Positions 63,681-64,000 of a stretch of 64,000 nt of DNA are shown piece after piece. Below the pieces are notes generated by a model, which worked only from the letters and a program-made list of their open reading frames with translations, had not been told where the DNA came from and ran no database searches. The stretch is taken from the NCBI RefSeq assembly GCF_004010195.1, contig NC_057719.1, positions 24,870,750-24,934,749 on the forward strand. The letters run 5' to 3'. The translations under genes and the position numbers were made by a program. Each line of letters begins with the position of its first letter. Within the stretch, counting starts at the first letter, position 1. Source of the DNA: Chiloscyllium plagiosum. Lineage: Eukaryota.

Positions 63681-64000
63681 TTGCTTAGTGTTCGAATCAT
63701 CTGAATCATTTGATATAAATTGTAGAACTTGTCACTTCCTGCCAATCAGGAAAAGAATAATTTATGCAAACTCTCAGTTTTTTGTCAACCAGCCAATCTT
63801 TTAATCCATGCCGATGTTCGACATCCTACATCATGGCAAGCAACTTTGTGCAATAACTTTTTATGTTGCGTCTAGCCAACTGCCTTCTGGAAATTCAAGT
63901 ACAGTATGTCAATGGGTTTCCCTTTATCCACAGCACAGTTAATTCCTTCCAAGAACTTCATCATATTGGTTAAACATGATTTCCTTTACACAAAGAAAAT

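Larger units (their letters stand above)
61860..64000 (-). mobile_element. Older CR1 fragment, host of the 62000-62710 and 63460-63680 inserts
   Basis: 3' end at about 61860, similar to the one near 5250; RT remnants (ccttctggaaattcaagtac, ccctttatccac) near 63880-63930. Confidence 0.7.

Noticed and set aside
1..64000. CRISPR array, prokaryotic operon or defence system
   Set aside because: Vertebrate intron-exon DNA with no regularly spaced repeat-spacer array and no dense ORFs.

Overview
Eukaryotic, AT-rich, repeat-dense genomic DNA. The HE1-type tRNA SINEs, abundant CR1 LINEs and Penelope-like elements point to a cartilaginous fish (inference). Two protein-coding genes lie on the minus strand. 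(1) The 5' part of UNC79, an accessory subunit of the NALCN sodium leak channel complex: 11 coding exons from the ATG at 37955 down to 1737, all with GT-AG introns and consistent phases, continuing past the window start. (2) A complete two-exon COX8-family gene (cytochrome c oxidase subunit 8, 76 aa) at 60146-60891, about 22 kb upstream on the same strand, which matches the position of mammalian COX8C as I recall it. The rest is mostly transposable elements: a near full-length CR1 inserted in a decayed Gypsy element, many CR1 and HE1 fragments, Tigger-like MITEs, Harbinger Myb relics, a solo LTR, and many Penelope-derived fold-back elements with minimal hammerhead-ribozyme motifs and 12-17 bp target-site duplications (TSDs). 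Gene and repeat identities come from recalled sequences and motifs, not database searches. Repeat boundaries are approximate.
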